Of a stretch of DNA of 64,000 nucleotides, positions 11,875-25,400 are shown piece by piece. The stretch comes from Euglena gracilis (Eukaryota). Numbering within the stretch: the stretch's first letter is position 1; every line of letters starts with the position of its first letter. Under the pieces are notes generated by a model. The model was not told the origin of the DNA. It worked only from the letters and a program-made list of their open reading frames with translations, and did no database searches. The DNA is taken from contig CP154954.1 of the NCBI GenBank assembly GCA_039621445.1, positions 47,905,847-47,969,846 of the forward strand, given 5' to 3'. The translations under genes and the position numbers were made by a program.

Positions 11875-13144
11875 CAGGGGGGGGGCAAAAACTGCACACG
11901 GGCAGGTCAAAAACTGCACTGCAAAAAACTGCAAAAAAAACTGCAAAAAACTGCAAAAAAACTGCAAAAAACTGCACATCAACAAAAAATAACAATAAAC
12001 AAGCTGAAATAGTGTGCATATGCAAAACAATGTAAATTGTAATCACATGAGAACGCCCCAATTTTCATCTAACTTTTGCACAGCTTTGGAGCTGATGACA
12101 ATAAAAATGAAAGCAATCAATCAAGGTACACTGTACATGGGTTTTCATGCACTGAAACACAAGTCATGTTTTTGGTTTGGATGCTGGTTCACACTGGTTT
12201 TCCTGCACCAAAGCTTGTGACGGCCATGCCCACGGAGGTGCCAAACAGCTAAATATGGAAAAAATGCATGCACATACCTATATGCAGAAAGTTTCTATGT
12301 ATGCTTTTAATTCTTGCATGGGATGTTCAGTTTTGGAACTTTCGGTCCATCACCTGGTGAACTTCACCCATGTCACGATGCAAAAAATCTACAAAACTAA
12401 AAAAAATCTACAACAACCATCACAAACTTTGAATACTGTCTTTAGGGGATTGCCAAATGGTCTGGGAATTTCTTGCAAATAAGAATGACTTCTTTGAAGC
12501 ATTTGGCTTGTGTGATATTTGGCCAAAATGCTTGGGACAAAGCCCAATCTTCTACAGGAGCTCGTGCTCCTTTGCGTCTCCACGAATCTCGCAAACTCCA
12601 ACTTCAACCAAAATTTGCACAAAAAAAACAGTTTTGGATTTGGTCCCCTAATCCCAAAATAATTAGTTGAATCTGCTCAGGAGTGTGCAAATGACGATTG
12701 CCAAAATAAGCATTGTGACATCTGTCACCACATGCACAAGTTGGAGATGGAGCGATTTTGGTTGGGGAGAAATTGTGGCGTTGTCACCGAAACAATCTGT
12801 TTTTTGGAATGGTGGCTACAACAATTTCTGTTGCGTCAAGAGGCAAGGCAGTTGGCAAAACAGTTGGGGGCAAGACAACTGGTGGGATTACTTGAGAAAC
12901 ACCCTTCAAAAAATATAATCCAGCGTAACAAGGCGCAGAGCACCAAAAAATGAGCACCTCAGGTTTCCTCAAAACTGAAATCAAAAAAAACTGCAAAAAA
13001 CTGCACGCGTGCAGTTTTTTTCAGAAAAAAAGCTGCAAAAAACTGCAAAAAAAAACTGCAAAAAAAAACTGCAAAATAAAACAACAAAAGTGAAAAACGC
13101 AAAAAACTGCAAAAACTGCACGGTGCATATTTTGCCCCTCCCTG
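11875..13144. mobile_element. CAGGG-TIR non-autonomous DNA transposon with 7-bp TSD
   Basis: TIR CAGG(n)CAAAAACTGCAC / GTGCATATTTTGCCCCTCCCTG. CGACCAG lies immediately on both sides. Subterminal ACTGCAAAAA repeats. A homologous left end starts at 47942. Confidence 0.8.
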
Positions 13145-13330
13145 CGACCAGGCCTAGTCGGCCGACCAGTTGGGTGATCGGCCGACTAGTCGGCCGACCA
13201 CCCACTACCCCCCCCCCCCAGTCTACCGTCTGCCACTCCCGAAAGGAGGTGGGCTACTCCCCAATTACTTTTGCCAGCCATCTGCCCAGTCTGCTCAACG
13301 GGAGGTGGACGGTCTCTTCACCGCTGCGGG

Positions 13331-16300
13331 TCAGCAGCAGAGCCGGCAGCCCTTGTGCTCGTGGACGACGGAGGCTGGCATGTGGCGCAGCACCGGCAGC
13401 ATGATGCCCAGGCCGTGGAGGAACAGCACCGCCGGGCCGGCGCGGCGCCTCCCGAACCATTGGTCCCCCCCACCCCCCCCCGGCGGGTGTGGGGTCCCGG
13501 AACCGGACCACCCTGGCGGCGAAACTGGGCAGGGTGGCCGATGGCGTCCGTTTTGAGTTTCCAGAAACGTGCATTCGACATCAGAAGCTCAGCATCGAAA
13601 GGGCAGAAAAAATACAAAAACAATTGGCATTGCAGAAAGAAATTACCTAAGTTGCCTTCGGCAGCCATTTCAAGTCGCTTGGGGGTGGGGAAGAGGTATG
13701 GGGTTACAAAGACACCATGGAAGGAATTCGTGGATTTCTGGTGCTATTGGCGTAAACCAAATGGCCCCGGGCCAAAGCCCCTGGCTGGACGACAACCAAA
13801 CCCACACATATACGTGTGTAGGTTTGCTCTCACTGAAATTGCACAACACAGCCTGAAGTGGGACGTGAGAGGCCGCTGGTGTCCCCTTTCCGGCTCCAGA
13901 TGGGGCGGCCTCCCAGGGCGGAGGCGCTGCCCCGCGCAGCACCGCGACGAGGGTGGCCCAGGCGGAGGCCGTCACCCCCGGCAGCAGGAACGCCGTGATG
14001 ACGAACGGTGGCCAAGGCCCTTGGTCCTCGGGTCCGGCGACCAGGTGGTGTGGCGTGCTGGTGTCAGGGATGGGCTGCTGGAGGACCGGGTGGGTTGCTG
14101 GTGACTGGAACTGGACGCGGCCCAGATGCCCCCCAGGGCGATTTTTAACCCCCCGGGAGGGGTCCATCTCAGTGGCTGGAAAATTTGGGCTGGCTGGAAA
14201 AAGGCTCCTGGCTGCCCCCCCCCCCCAGGCCCAGGGGTCGTACCAAAAAATCGAAATCGCAAAAATGTCCAGAAAATTGCCAATTAAGCAATTTTTTGTC
14301 CCCAAATTTGCCCTGGGCAGCCGTTTTCCGACCCATTTTCGACCCACCTTGGACCCATTTTTGCACACTGGAAGCCAAAAATCCGTTGCTGTCCAGCCGC
14401 CCAAAGGGCGAGGGAGGGGGGTCCAGGGCTGGGAAAAAAACTGCTGGTTGGCTGGACCCCCTGGCCCGGGGGGGTCAAATTTTCTGAAGCTACGCTCTGC
14501 CATAGGTTGCTATCGGTTTTTTCCCACCTCTCAGAACCGGCAGACAGAAAGCGGCACCAAACGCCTCAGAGCAGAAGGGTGGGCAGGCACGAGTAGAACA
14601 CGACGAAGTCCAGGATGAAGTGCAGCTTCCGCTTCGTCTCCCGCGAGGCGATGATGCCCAGCAGCAGCAGCAGCGACTGCAGGGGGCGCCACTCGGGTTG
14701 AGGGAAGGAGGGGAGGGGCGGGATGAGGTCACTGCAGGCTGCAGTTTTCAAAAATGCGCAAATCGGCGAAAAAAGCTTAAATGCTTAGAAATTGCTTAGA
14801 TGCGCAGCCTAAGTGGGATGGAGGTCGGTACGGGCTGCATGGCGCCTCCAGGAGAGTGCCTCCTCAGCCCTAACCACCCCTGAGGAGGGAGGGGTCACCA
14901 ATAGCCCCACTCCGGGGTCCAAACTTTGACGTGAGCTGTCGGAGCAAAGATTGGGTGCTTATCCATCCTGCGGCCCGGCCTGGCCATGCTGAGGGTCCAC
15001 AACGTGATGAACAGCACGGACAGGAGGAGGGGGAAGAGCAGGACGAAGAGCGCGTACGCCAGCACGGTCAGCACCAGCACGCGGCGCATGCGGTTGGCGG
15101 GCACGAGGGCCGCCAGCCGGAGGTGGGCCTCCTGGGAGCGGAGGAAGTCTGGCGGCAGCCCTCGTCCTCTGCACCCCCGCCCCTCCGGTCTCCACGGCAA
15201 ATGCAAACCATATGGGGGGATTGTTGGGGTTCCTAAACTGTTAAAAAAAAAAATCCTTGGGCCCTAAAACATTATGATCCAAAAAACACAGCCAGGCTGC
15301 CCAACTTAACACCTGTTTCGGCCTGGTTTCAGCCATTTTTGCATCATTCAAAGCTGGAAAATCTGCTGCAAGAGAGGGCAGTTGGACAGAAACTAAAACT
15401 CCTTGATGGGGGGGGGGGTACAGGGCTGGAAAAATTCTTCTGGCTGGCTGGCAGGATTCCCCCAGGGTTCCAGCTTCAGTCTTTTAGCCTTTTGAGAGGA
15501 AATCTTGGTGGACGAAAGAACCCCGCACCAAGTTCATAAGGGTCTCAGGAATCCCCCTCGCCAATCCTTGTGGCTGGACAAAGGGCTGGGCACCATGTAC
15601 TCGTTGACCTCCTCCACAAACGTGACCACCAGGGCGTTGGAAATGGTGGACAGCGTGTCCGGGGACGACCCGATTAGCACATACGACAGCCAGAACACTC
15701 CCGGCCAGGGGGGCGGGGGCGTTGGCCACGGCGCCAAAGAGGGGTGGGGTCCCCTGCCGCATGGCCGGGCCAAGAGCTACCCCCCACGCGTTCGCCCCGC
15801 CCGCAAAGCGGCATTTTCCGGGAAGGCCGGAGACTCCCCCCCCCTCTGGGCCTAGGCCCATGGCATACTGGAACGCGGCCAGGGACGTGGTGATGAGCAG
15901 GGGCGAAGCCGCGACGAACCGCGCCCGCCACCCCTTCTCCTCCGTCTGCCCCGGCGCCAGCCGAGGCCGCAGGTTGGGGGGGAGAGGGTTTGGCCCCAGC
16001 ACACAGTCCGGCGCAATGCAGGGCCGGGGCTGCGCACGCCGCAGGCCAGCAGGACGTCCACGACGCGGAACAGGATGGAGGCGTGGGCGATGTCCCCCGT
16101 GAGCAGCCGCAGGAACACCACGAGGAGCACCACCACCCTCTGGCCGGGCGGGGCCAGGGGAGGGAGCCCGGTTTCTGGGGACGATGACTTCAGGGGTTCG
16201 AAAAGCGTCGGTGGCGACCAGGAAATGACTTTTCACATCAAACAGGTTTGCCAACAGGACCGACCTGCCTGGAATACAAGCTGAAAATGGACGGGGGAAT

Positions 16301-17210
16301 CAGAGTTTTTTTTGCTGGTTGAAACTGACCAACCCGGGGGGGGGGTCTCGGAGTGCCCTGGAATGCCTGGGCAGGCGGCAGGCATAACCCCCCTCGGGGG
16401 GTCTGGTTGTGGGCCAAAACGTGCCCAGAAATGGGCTTTTCTGGGCTTCTGGCGACTTCGGCGCCGGAAGTGCCTTGGCCGAGTGCCCAGGCACTTTTGG
16501 CCATGTGCCCAACCCCGGGGGATTGGATCTGGGTGTCTTGGAGTGCCTGCCCAGGCAGGCTCCCCCCCCCCCCCCAGGGTGGGGTCGGCACCGCCTTAAA
16601 TTTCAGTCTGTTCCAGGGGGCTACAGGCGGTTGAAAAAACAAAAAGAACAAACAGGTGGTTGCGTTGGAAAATGACTATGGGAAGCCAGGGAGGTAGACA
16701 GTCCCGGCTCATGTGGACAGCGCACGCCCGCCCGACCCACCCTTGGCAAGGGGCCACACCCGGGGCGGGTCACCACCACCACCTCGCCGGCGTTGTCCAC
16801 CGCCGCGTCGCGCAGGGCGACGGAGACGATGACGAGCAGGCCGAGCTGCATGCACATCGTCAGCGTGATGGCGAGGAAGTACAGCAGGAAGTACAGCGTG
16901 CTGGGGGACTCCCACCGGCTCTCTGCAGCAGGCTGGGGCACCCAACACTGGTCTGAGCAGGGGGGGGGAGGGCTTAAAAAAACCCCCCCACTCAGGTATG
17001 CCGAGGGACGTGTACAAATCCTGGCCCAGGTCCAGCCGGATTTGGAGATTTGTGGTGTGACAGAAAAATGAAAAGTTAAGGGGGACCATAGACGGGACAG
17101 CCCGATGACTGGCCCTTCTCTGGCATCATGAGGTACTCGATGTACTTCTTCAGGAACTGCCCGCAGGTGTCATGCGGCAAATGGTGGCATAGCTCGTCCG
17201 TGACGCAGGG
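13331..17210 (-). CDS. Multi-pass membrane protein, paralog A (multi-exon; 5' end not defined)
   Basis: Hydrophobic exons: ...GQFLKKYIEYLM; LYFLLYFLAITLTMCMQLGLLVIVSVAL; VVVLLVVFLRLLTGDIAHASILFRVVDVLL; ...FQYAMGLG|VFWLSYVLIGSSPDTLSTISNALVVTFVEEVNEYMV|DFLRSQE...; ...FYSCLPTLL|FVITAFLL...VAVLRG|PAVLFLHGLGIMLPVLRHMP...CRLCC*. Four junctions checked join in frame with 3+5 stem geometry. Confidence 0.85.
14007..14572 (-). other. Nonconventional intron with CTG/TGG stem closure
   Basis: GCT-CTGAGGCGTTTGGT ... ACCAAGGGCCTTGG-CCACC. In-frame join PTLL|FVIT. Confidence 0.65.
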
Positions 17211-19476
17211 GCTGGGCTCCGGAGTGTAACCACTGGTCCTAGCTTGTGTTGTTGATCTGTCAGTGATAGGTGCTGGCTGGTTCGCTCCTTCCAGCTGGAC
17301 CCTGCGAGGGTGTGAAACCGCACTCAAAATGCACACAAATGTGCGTGGGGACGCAGGTGTGCATGCGTGCACGCCCGTGTGCACAGACACCCACCCGCAC
17401 CCTCCAACGCGAACAGGGGAGTCCAGGGACCAGCCCGGCAGGCTTGCTCAGAGGCAAGGGTCGCTGCGGCTTCTTGATGGGGTTTGTCCCCGGGGCTGGA
17501 GGAGCAGCCGAAGGGGCCGAGGCAGCATTCATCCGGCCGAGCCCATCACAGTCTCCCTGGGGGAAACAGAGCGGCCTCTGTGCTGGCGTGGGGGTGCATC
17601 CCTCACACCCAACCTGTGTTGTTTGCGGTGTTGTTGTCGGGGTGGCCGACAACAATCCAGTAAAAAAAATCTGTGCCGAACTACGGGCGCCCGTTTTCCA
17701 TGCACTTTTGTGTGGTGTGCCGCATAAAAAATTGATGCGCATCGCGGGGCTGATTGGATTCATCCCCCACAAGCCATCCCACCAAGGCCAATTGTTCAGC
17801 TTCGAGCCCGGCCGGCGCACTGATGCAGCAAATCCAGGGCATACGTGCAGGTCACCGCAAGCTAACACGAGGACACGTCACCATTGATCGCACAACCAAA
17901 GCGGGAACTACCCAGCCCGCATACCAAAGCGGAGGAGGGAAGAAGGAAGAGGGAGGAAAGGAAGAGGTGACTGCGCAAGTTGGAGAGGGGACGGAGTGCG
18001 AGGTTGCAGGTGGAGGGACGAGCCCAGGGTGGCGAGGTTGAGGCCGCCGGGTAAAAGGGGGGGGGAATTCCCAGAATTCTTGGACACAATGACAATCACA
18101 TATCGCAATTTTGCACAATGGAATGAAATTTTGCAAAAATGCTTGCACAGCAGAAAATGACCTCCTCAGGGAAGGTTGTCTCAGGTTGCCGTCCACAACA
18201 GTGCTCATGTGCCAATGTCAATCTGAAATCTAGGCAGCCCAGACAGGGGACGTTCACTAAGCATTGGTATTGCTGTAAAAAAAAAAGTGACAAACAAGAC
18301 AATCCAGACAACTCCTGTTCAGGGCAAGGGGGTTCACAAGATATGATGGGCACACACATTGCTGTGTACCTCGCTGTTGGGCTGGGTTAGTGGAGAGGTG
18401 AATAGGGGCCAATGAGCCATAATTACACAGAAACAGGTGGTCAGGCAGCTGTAAGCATAGGGTGTGGGTGAGGTGTGGGTGGGTATGGGGCATGGGTGGG
18501 TTTGGGGGGGGGGGGGGCTACCCTTCTGTGCAATTGTTGCCATTGTATGTGCAGACCAAATTCGACTAATGAGCGCCAGGTTTCAGCTTCAAAAAGAAGG
18601 GGGGAATGTACATACAAAAAATGAAATGAAAAAAGCACGCGATGCACACAAAACATATTTCCACCATTGCCAAAGCCAAGAAAGCCGACACAACGAAAAG
18701 AAAACGAAAACTGCTTCCAGCGGAAAGATGGCCACGCAAATCTGACCACACCCCAGCTGCCCTTCAGCAGTGGGATCCGCCAGGGGGGTTGGGTGAGGTG
18801 GTGGTGGTGGTGGTGGTCGTCAGATTCACCAAACACCTGCACTTGTCACCCCCTGGTCGGGGGATGGGCCCCCCAAACAGGGGGGGGGGAGGGGGAGGGG
18901 GTGATCCCAGAACCCCTCCCGCGAGGGGGGGGTAGGGGGTCGACCCACCCCAGGGAAAACTGTTGAGGGCTTTAAAAAGTGCGTTTTCGGGGGATTTTTT
19001 TCCCCATCAAATTAAGCTTTCCGGTGCAAAGCGCCGGGGAAGAAAATAGTTTTATTGATTCCAGGGGTCCCTGGACCCCCCTCGGCCTGGAGGGGGGGAT
19101 GGTTGGTCCGGACCCCCCATCCCCTGGGGGAGGGGGGGTCAAACCCCCCTTCCCCATGTACAAAACCAATAATCGCTTGATACCCTGGCCCCATTGGCTG
19201 ATTGATGTCAACTTGGATTGCATTGGCCCTGGGCCAAGAAGATGATTTTTGTTATGTGAAATAGTGTGGGGGGGACCCAGTCAGGCCCATACAAAGCACA
19301 ACGCAATGGCAGCGATTTGTGGCGGAAAATCATCCAGGCAAAGAGAGGAAAAGTTTTTAAAAAAAAAACTTTCCGAAAAATTGAAAGGCAGGGCCTTTCA
19401 ATTGGTTTGTCCATCTGCATGCCAGGTGGGCATTTGAAGAACAAACAAGGAGGACCCCAGAACAAAAACAGGGGAA

Positions 19477-22400
19477 TCAACGCTGGCACTGATCGTTTTT
19501 CTGCAGTTTCCCCGCTGCGCATGGAAAACGCCGGAGTTCGGTGGGCAGCCTCTCCTGCAGCTGGGAGGGCACGATGGCGCTCACGTTGACGGATGACTCG
19601 TGGCGGATGAGAGGCAGCATCATTGGGGGCAGGCCAACCCCCGCAAGGGTTGGACGGTGCACCGGATTGGGGGGGGGGGGTTGGCGTTGTCACATGGGGG
19701 TAAGGCGGGACATTCCCCCTGCCTAGCTCTGGTCAGCGAAGGATGAAGAGAGGGGAGTGTGCAAAGGGTTCATATGAGGAGGTTGGTTGGCGTTTGGCCC
19801 GGGAGATTTTGGGGCAGGGTCAAGCGGGGGACGACAAAAAAAAACAACGCGTGCTTCGGCGTGCATTTTGGCTTGGGGAGCGAACGTTATTCGCAAGAAT
19901 GTTATTTGCGTTATTTTTTTTGCAAAAAAAACAGCACAAATTCTGCAGTCTCGGCGGCTGAACCCCCCAATGGCAGCCCCGCCATCGCCCGCCGCCGCTC
20001 CGGAGTGGGCGGCCCGGGGCGGGCCTGGGGGACATGCCATGGATGACCAGCATGAGCACCACGGCGATGAGGACGATGGCCCCCGAGTCCCCGATTTGCG
20101 GCAGCCGGAAGAGGCAGACGGCGAAGATGACGGTGGGCAGCAGCGGCGGCAGGGCTGGGGGGGGGGGGGGCGCCCAAGCGGCACCTCCGCCCTGGGTCCC
20201 GGGGGGCCCACAGGCAGTGGTTTCCTTAGGGGCTTGGGGGGGGGGGTCCCGGGGCCGGCTGGCAGCTGGACCCGGTGGGTACTCCTAAAAAAAAAAAGGC
20301 AAAAAAGCCCAAACCCAGGCAGGTAGGCATTTTTTTCAGCCAAAATTTGGAGGTGAAGGCCCAAAGCCACCCAAAGTGGCCATTTCGACCCCATTTTAAA
20401 CCACTTTGGCGCTTCGCGACAAAAAATTTCAAAAACAACTTTGGGGCCAGCCCGGCTTCGCCGTGCTGAGTGGAAAAAAAAGTGGTAAGGTGTCAGGTTA
20501 CACAATTTACACATGGCGGAAGCCGCCGATAAGGAAAAAATTAGCCACTTCTCGGGGAACTGCAAAAATGTGTTGTTTTTTTTCGGGCCCGGGTCGCGTC
20601 ACGAAAAAAATCCAAAAATAAGACCCCCCCCAAAAGTAAGACCCCCCCTGGAGGCTTCCAGCAACGACCCAAATATAAGACCAGGGTCTTATTTTTGGGG
20701 GGGGGGTTACAGGAGGCCGAAAGAATTATATCACGTTGAATGCCAGCGGCAGGACGTGGGAGGGCGAAAGTGGCCTCGGGGCGCTGATTGGTGTGTGCCC
20801 GCTGACGAGCATTCACGCCTGCAACCGTCAAAGTTGGATGTGTGCGAGCATCCATCATTGTCAGGGATGCTCGCGATCATCTACTTTGGGGGGGGGGGAT
20901 TGAAAATTGTTCAACAGCAATAAACCCTCCTATTTATACTCCAGTTTGGTGGCTGGTTCAATGAGGATAGCAACTATAGGAGAGCAACGGAGGCTCAGAG
21001 CGCTTTCAAAAAGGGTGCTACAAAGTCTATGTTCCAAAGCGCCACAAAGGTCTATGGTTCTCTTTGTGCTGTACCCGATACATTTGCATGTGGTGCACAT
21101 TGACTTCTCTTTTCGGTGCGCGCCATGATTTTTTGCAGGATGTTGTGCGCGTGGTTTTTTCCTCTTTCTCGCAAGAGAATAAAGAGCGGTCATTAATGGT
21201 GGGTTAAAATGGAGATTGCTTCTTTTTTGACAAGACTAAAAAAAGCATGCTTCATTTTTAATGATTTAACATTTTTTTTATGACAACGGAGGTCTTCAGA
21301 ACCAGGATACCCAATTTCTGATGAATTCCTGTTTCAAACTCAACTGACATAAGAACATTGTTTAGACAGCGACTTGGGTCTTAAAAGGGTTCGAGCTCTG
21401 TCGAAACTGCACCCTGTGCAAAAATATCTCAAAAATACAACGGATGCAAAAAAAACAACAATTCGATGAACTCTGGGGGGAGGCCAGCTAATATCACTCA
21501 CGAACAACTTTATATGCCCGACGATAGACCCCTTCCTAATTTAATCGGAAGTGAGGTTTTTGTGTGCAGGTGTTGTGTTAATGATTTTCTCAAACTTCGG
21601 TAGCGACCTTCGACAACCTTTTCAACTGTGACATGAAAAAACTAATTTGCAGTTGCTGTGGCGAAAGAGAGCAGCAACACCGTGGAACAGCAGAGAAACG
21701 ACCCCAGTGGACCGCAGCACAACCATTCAGTTGCATCAAACACTCTGCACACCGCACCAGCAGGCACATACATTCCCACCCCTTTCCTGTGCCCAGCCCT
21801 GGGAATGTAGTACAGGAAGACGTTTAGGAACACCCGCGCCACAGAGCGGGAGAGGAAGAGGATGGCCGGGGCGAGGGCCGGACCGCGGCACACCACCCCC
21901 CAAGCCATTGCCCATCCCATGGGCCCCGGGACTGAGAGGGGCTGCCAACCAGGCTGCCCCCCTCCCCGGAGCCCGAAGGCTGGGGGTCGTCCCTGGGCAG
22001 GACGGCGGAGATGACCAACATGCAACACAACAGGAAGAGGACGCACAGAAGGAAAGGCGGGAGGGGAGGCCCCAGGCGCGGGTGGGGGGACGGCGCGCGC
22101 TGCATGGGGTCCCAGTCCCCGTCAGCATTTTCTCTGACTGGAAACCCGGTCATTAACATCGGCCAAGAGCATTTCCACCCGGGGGGGGGGGGGGGGGGGG
22201 GCGGCTGTACTTGAGCCGGTACAGCCGGCCAACTGACAAAAATGCGAGCTGGGCCTTCTCCTGGAGGGGGGGGGGGTAAAGTTTGGAAAGATTGGCCCAA
22301 CCAGTTGCTGCAGGGAACTAGTTGCGTCCCAAAACCAAGGGGGAAAATCCAAATGCCAAATGCAACTGGGTCGCATTTTCCAAACTTTCGAGGGATGACC

Positions 22401-25400
22401 CAAAAAAACAACCTCAAGAACCATCAAAATTTCAACCAACAAAATTTCGTGCCAAAGAGGGGGACCAGCTTTGTTTGGGCAGGCCCAGCAGCCGAAACAA
22501 TGGCTAAAAAAAATCTGGCAGGCAGGACACCTTCCCCAGAGGGTTCACCTCTGGCTTTCAAAAAACCCTGAAAGTATGTAGTAGTGGTGGCGGTCGACCC
22601 GTCCTCCAGGTCTGGTGTCCCCCTCCCCCCTGTTAGCGTAAGGGGGAGGGGGGCTTCCCGGCAGAAGCAGGATGACGAGGGTGTAGTACATCATGAGGAG
22701 GCGGGCGCGGCCCCACTCCCGGGCGATGGTGGGGTCTGCGATGCGCTCCAGCTGCCGGTGGATGTCCTGGCCGCAGGGCGGCGCCTCGGCAGCCTCTGCC
22801 CCTCCGGCGGTACCAACGCCCCCCCCCCCCCGGCGTATTGGCCCAACGGTCCGGTGGGGCCACCCTCGGGGACCACGTGGACTCCAACAGCCCGGGGGGG
22901 GGGGGGGCGCAGGGCGGGGCTGGACAGTCGGGCCGGCTGGCAGGACCAGCCCAGGAGTGGGGCCCCTTCGGGGGAGGCGGGGCCCTGCTCGGGCGTGGAG
23001 GAGCTGCCCCATGTAGTCGTCCACCTGCAGCACGAACGTGACGACCAACGCGTTGGAGATGGTTGGGGGCCAGGGCCCCCGGCCGCTTCCACCGGGGGGG
23101 GGGGGAGCCGTTCGGACATCAATTGGAAAAGTGGTTTATTCTGTGCCAGTACGCTGGAAGTGGCTGTTTCCTGGCAACAGCATGCTGGGCGGTTTGACCC
23201 CCACACTCTCCACCGGTGGGCAGCGTCTACTTCCCACCACCCCCCATGGCACTGTCATGTTCAAGCATGGTTTTCCATCCCGCTCACGTATACCGTGTGT
23301 TCTGGTGGTGCCTCCTTGCTGTGTTTGCATCAATGTGTGTGTTTTTTGCGATTTTTTTTGGCGAGTTGCAGACTTTTTTGGCGTGTTTGTGTCATATGTG
23401 CTTGTTGTTGGTGCTTGAGCTTTTTATATTCCCATTTCTGTTTATCTTCTGCTCGTCATGTGGGTCTGTTCTGTCCCGAGGTTTCTGTTTTGTCATGCTC
23501 TGGGGTGTTCTCTTGGGGTGCAAACCCACATGAAAAAAATGTAGAGTTGGGATCCTGTGAGAGATGGTGTCGGTGGAGGCAGAGATGACGAGGAAAGAAA
23601 GCCACAGGACGCCGATGCCAGTGCCGTACTGGATCGTGGCTGAGGCAGGGCCCCCGCTGGCAGCCGTGGGGACGCACACCCCCCGCGCAAAGATGCAGAC
23701 ACCAAGAGGGATTCCCCAGGAGGAGAGGGAGAGCCAGGGGGTCACTTTTTGGTTCAATTCTAGGGTCCAAAATTTCTATTTTTATGTGTTTTGTCCCAGA
23801 AATAGATGAAGCTCCCCTCAGCCCGATCCCCACCCTTAAAGTGGAGGGGGAGTCCGTCAGACCCATATCCCCGTGGTCCAACCTTTAAAAATATACGTGA
23901 ACGGAAAATTTGTGCAGGAGAGATGGCTGCATTTACATCAAAACATCAGAGTTCGCGCGGTATTAACTTAAAGCAACCCCTGTATTATGTGGGGTGTATG
24001 GGCAGCACCCAATAAGGAGCAAGAGCAAGAGCAAGAGCAAGAGAGCCTGCAGCCAAGTAGGGCGAGCGGCTGGCCCGGGCAACGACGCGATCAGGAAGAG
24101 GCTCTTGCGGTCGGACTTGTCCTCCTCCGCGCTGATGACGTCCACAAGCCGGAACATCACAGTGGCGTTCTGGAGGTCCGTCGTGATGATGCAGAGGTAC
24201 ACCACCGCGAGGGCGATGGGCCGCAGGGCAGGGGCAGGGGGGGCCACAGAGGTCGCAGTGGCAGGCCAACATAAGACCCTTTTCGGCCGAAGTCTGCTGG
24301 AAAAAAAATTGGCCGGTGATGCCTAATTTGCTGAAAGTTTCAGGTGGGGGAGGTCAGGGAGTCCGGCGATGAGCGGCCCGAGTGGCTCCGCCGCCGCGTC
24401 CCGGTGCACTGCGACGTGTGTCGACGGTGTCCAGGTGGGGTAAGCTGGGATGGCGCAGATAAATCATTGGGGCCCAACTCAGCCACGGCACTCGGCATCG
24501 CGGGGCCCCCCTTGGGCAACGACCAGGTCGTCGGTGTTGCTGTGGGTGTCGGAGATGCTGGCGGCGACCAGTCCCAGGAGCCCGATCTGGATGGAGACGG
24601 TGAGGGCGATGGCTGGGGGCCACGGACTGCCAAAAGGGGTGACTATGGTGCGGTGATGCGTAGGGAGGGCATGGCTTTCGCAGATATGTTGGACGTGTTG
24701 TGTTGCGTTGTTGCTTTTTGACATTTACAACAAACGGCATGCCATGCAAGTCACCAAATTAGAAGCCCAGTGGGACTTCAACAAATCACTTGCAATGAAA
24801 CGTAATGCAATGCAAATCAGCCACAGCTAGTGCGGTGTGCTATAATTATTGCAGCAGAAGTATATTTGCATTCAAATGCCTTTTATCTGGAGATTCATGG
24901 TTTCCTTACCTGTAACTCATGGAACCCCGAGAACATTGGACCCAAAATTCACATCACAAGCTTTTGCTCGACCTGCACTGAAGGCATCCTTCGGGTTTCA
25001 CCTCTGCTTAATGGGAATGGGTTTCTTGCTCTTTGGTGAAAATCACTGGAAGAGGTCAAGGAATTTTATTTGGGGCGGGGCGAATGCGTTACAAAAGTTG
25101 TGCACGTCAACTGGAAGCACTTGTGTTGTACGGTTACCGAGCGGCAGCCCGTAGGGCAGGGCATACACCATGAAGACGAGGAACTTCGACTTCTGCGCCA
25201 GACCCCCCGCCCCATCGTGCATCAAGGGACACACACAGCCACAGCTCGCGAGGCAAAGGCCAGTGGGGGTCTGCTCTGGATTTTGCGGTCATTCACGTCC
25301 ACGAAGTCGACGTAGCGGCAGTCGCAGGGGCCAGTGGGAAGGTGTCTGCGTGAGTGGCAGAAACCTGTGGGAGTGATAGACTGGTCCCATTAAAATGCGC

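Larger units (their letters stand above)
10705..13237. mobile_element. Long-TIR foldback-like element with palindromic arms, interrupted by a nested insertion
   Basis: Left arm ~10712-10890 is inverted relative to 11753-11874 plus 13145-13230. The arms contain the 22-bp palindrome GTCGGCCGACTAGTCGGCCGAC. Possible 9-bp TSD CCTGAAAGG / CCCGAAAGG. Confidence 0.65.

Noticed and set aside
12050-12960. Possible transposase remnant inside the CAGGG element
   Set aside because: Frames are broken by stops and I recognise no DDE, THAP or BED motif. A translated HMM search would be needed.
22584-23588. 334-aa plus-strand ORF and other long plus-strand ORFs (e.g. 13271-14104, 48920-49768)
   Set aside because: Antisense shadows of GC-rich minus-strand exons running through introns.
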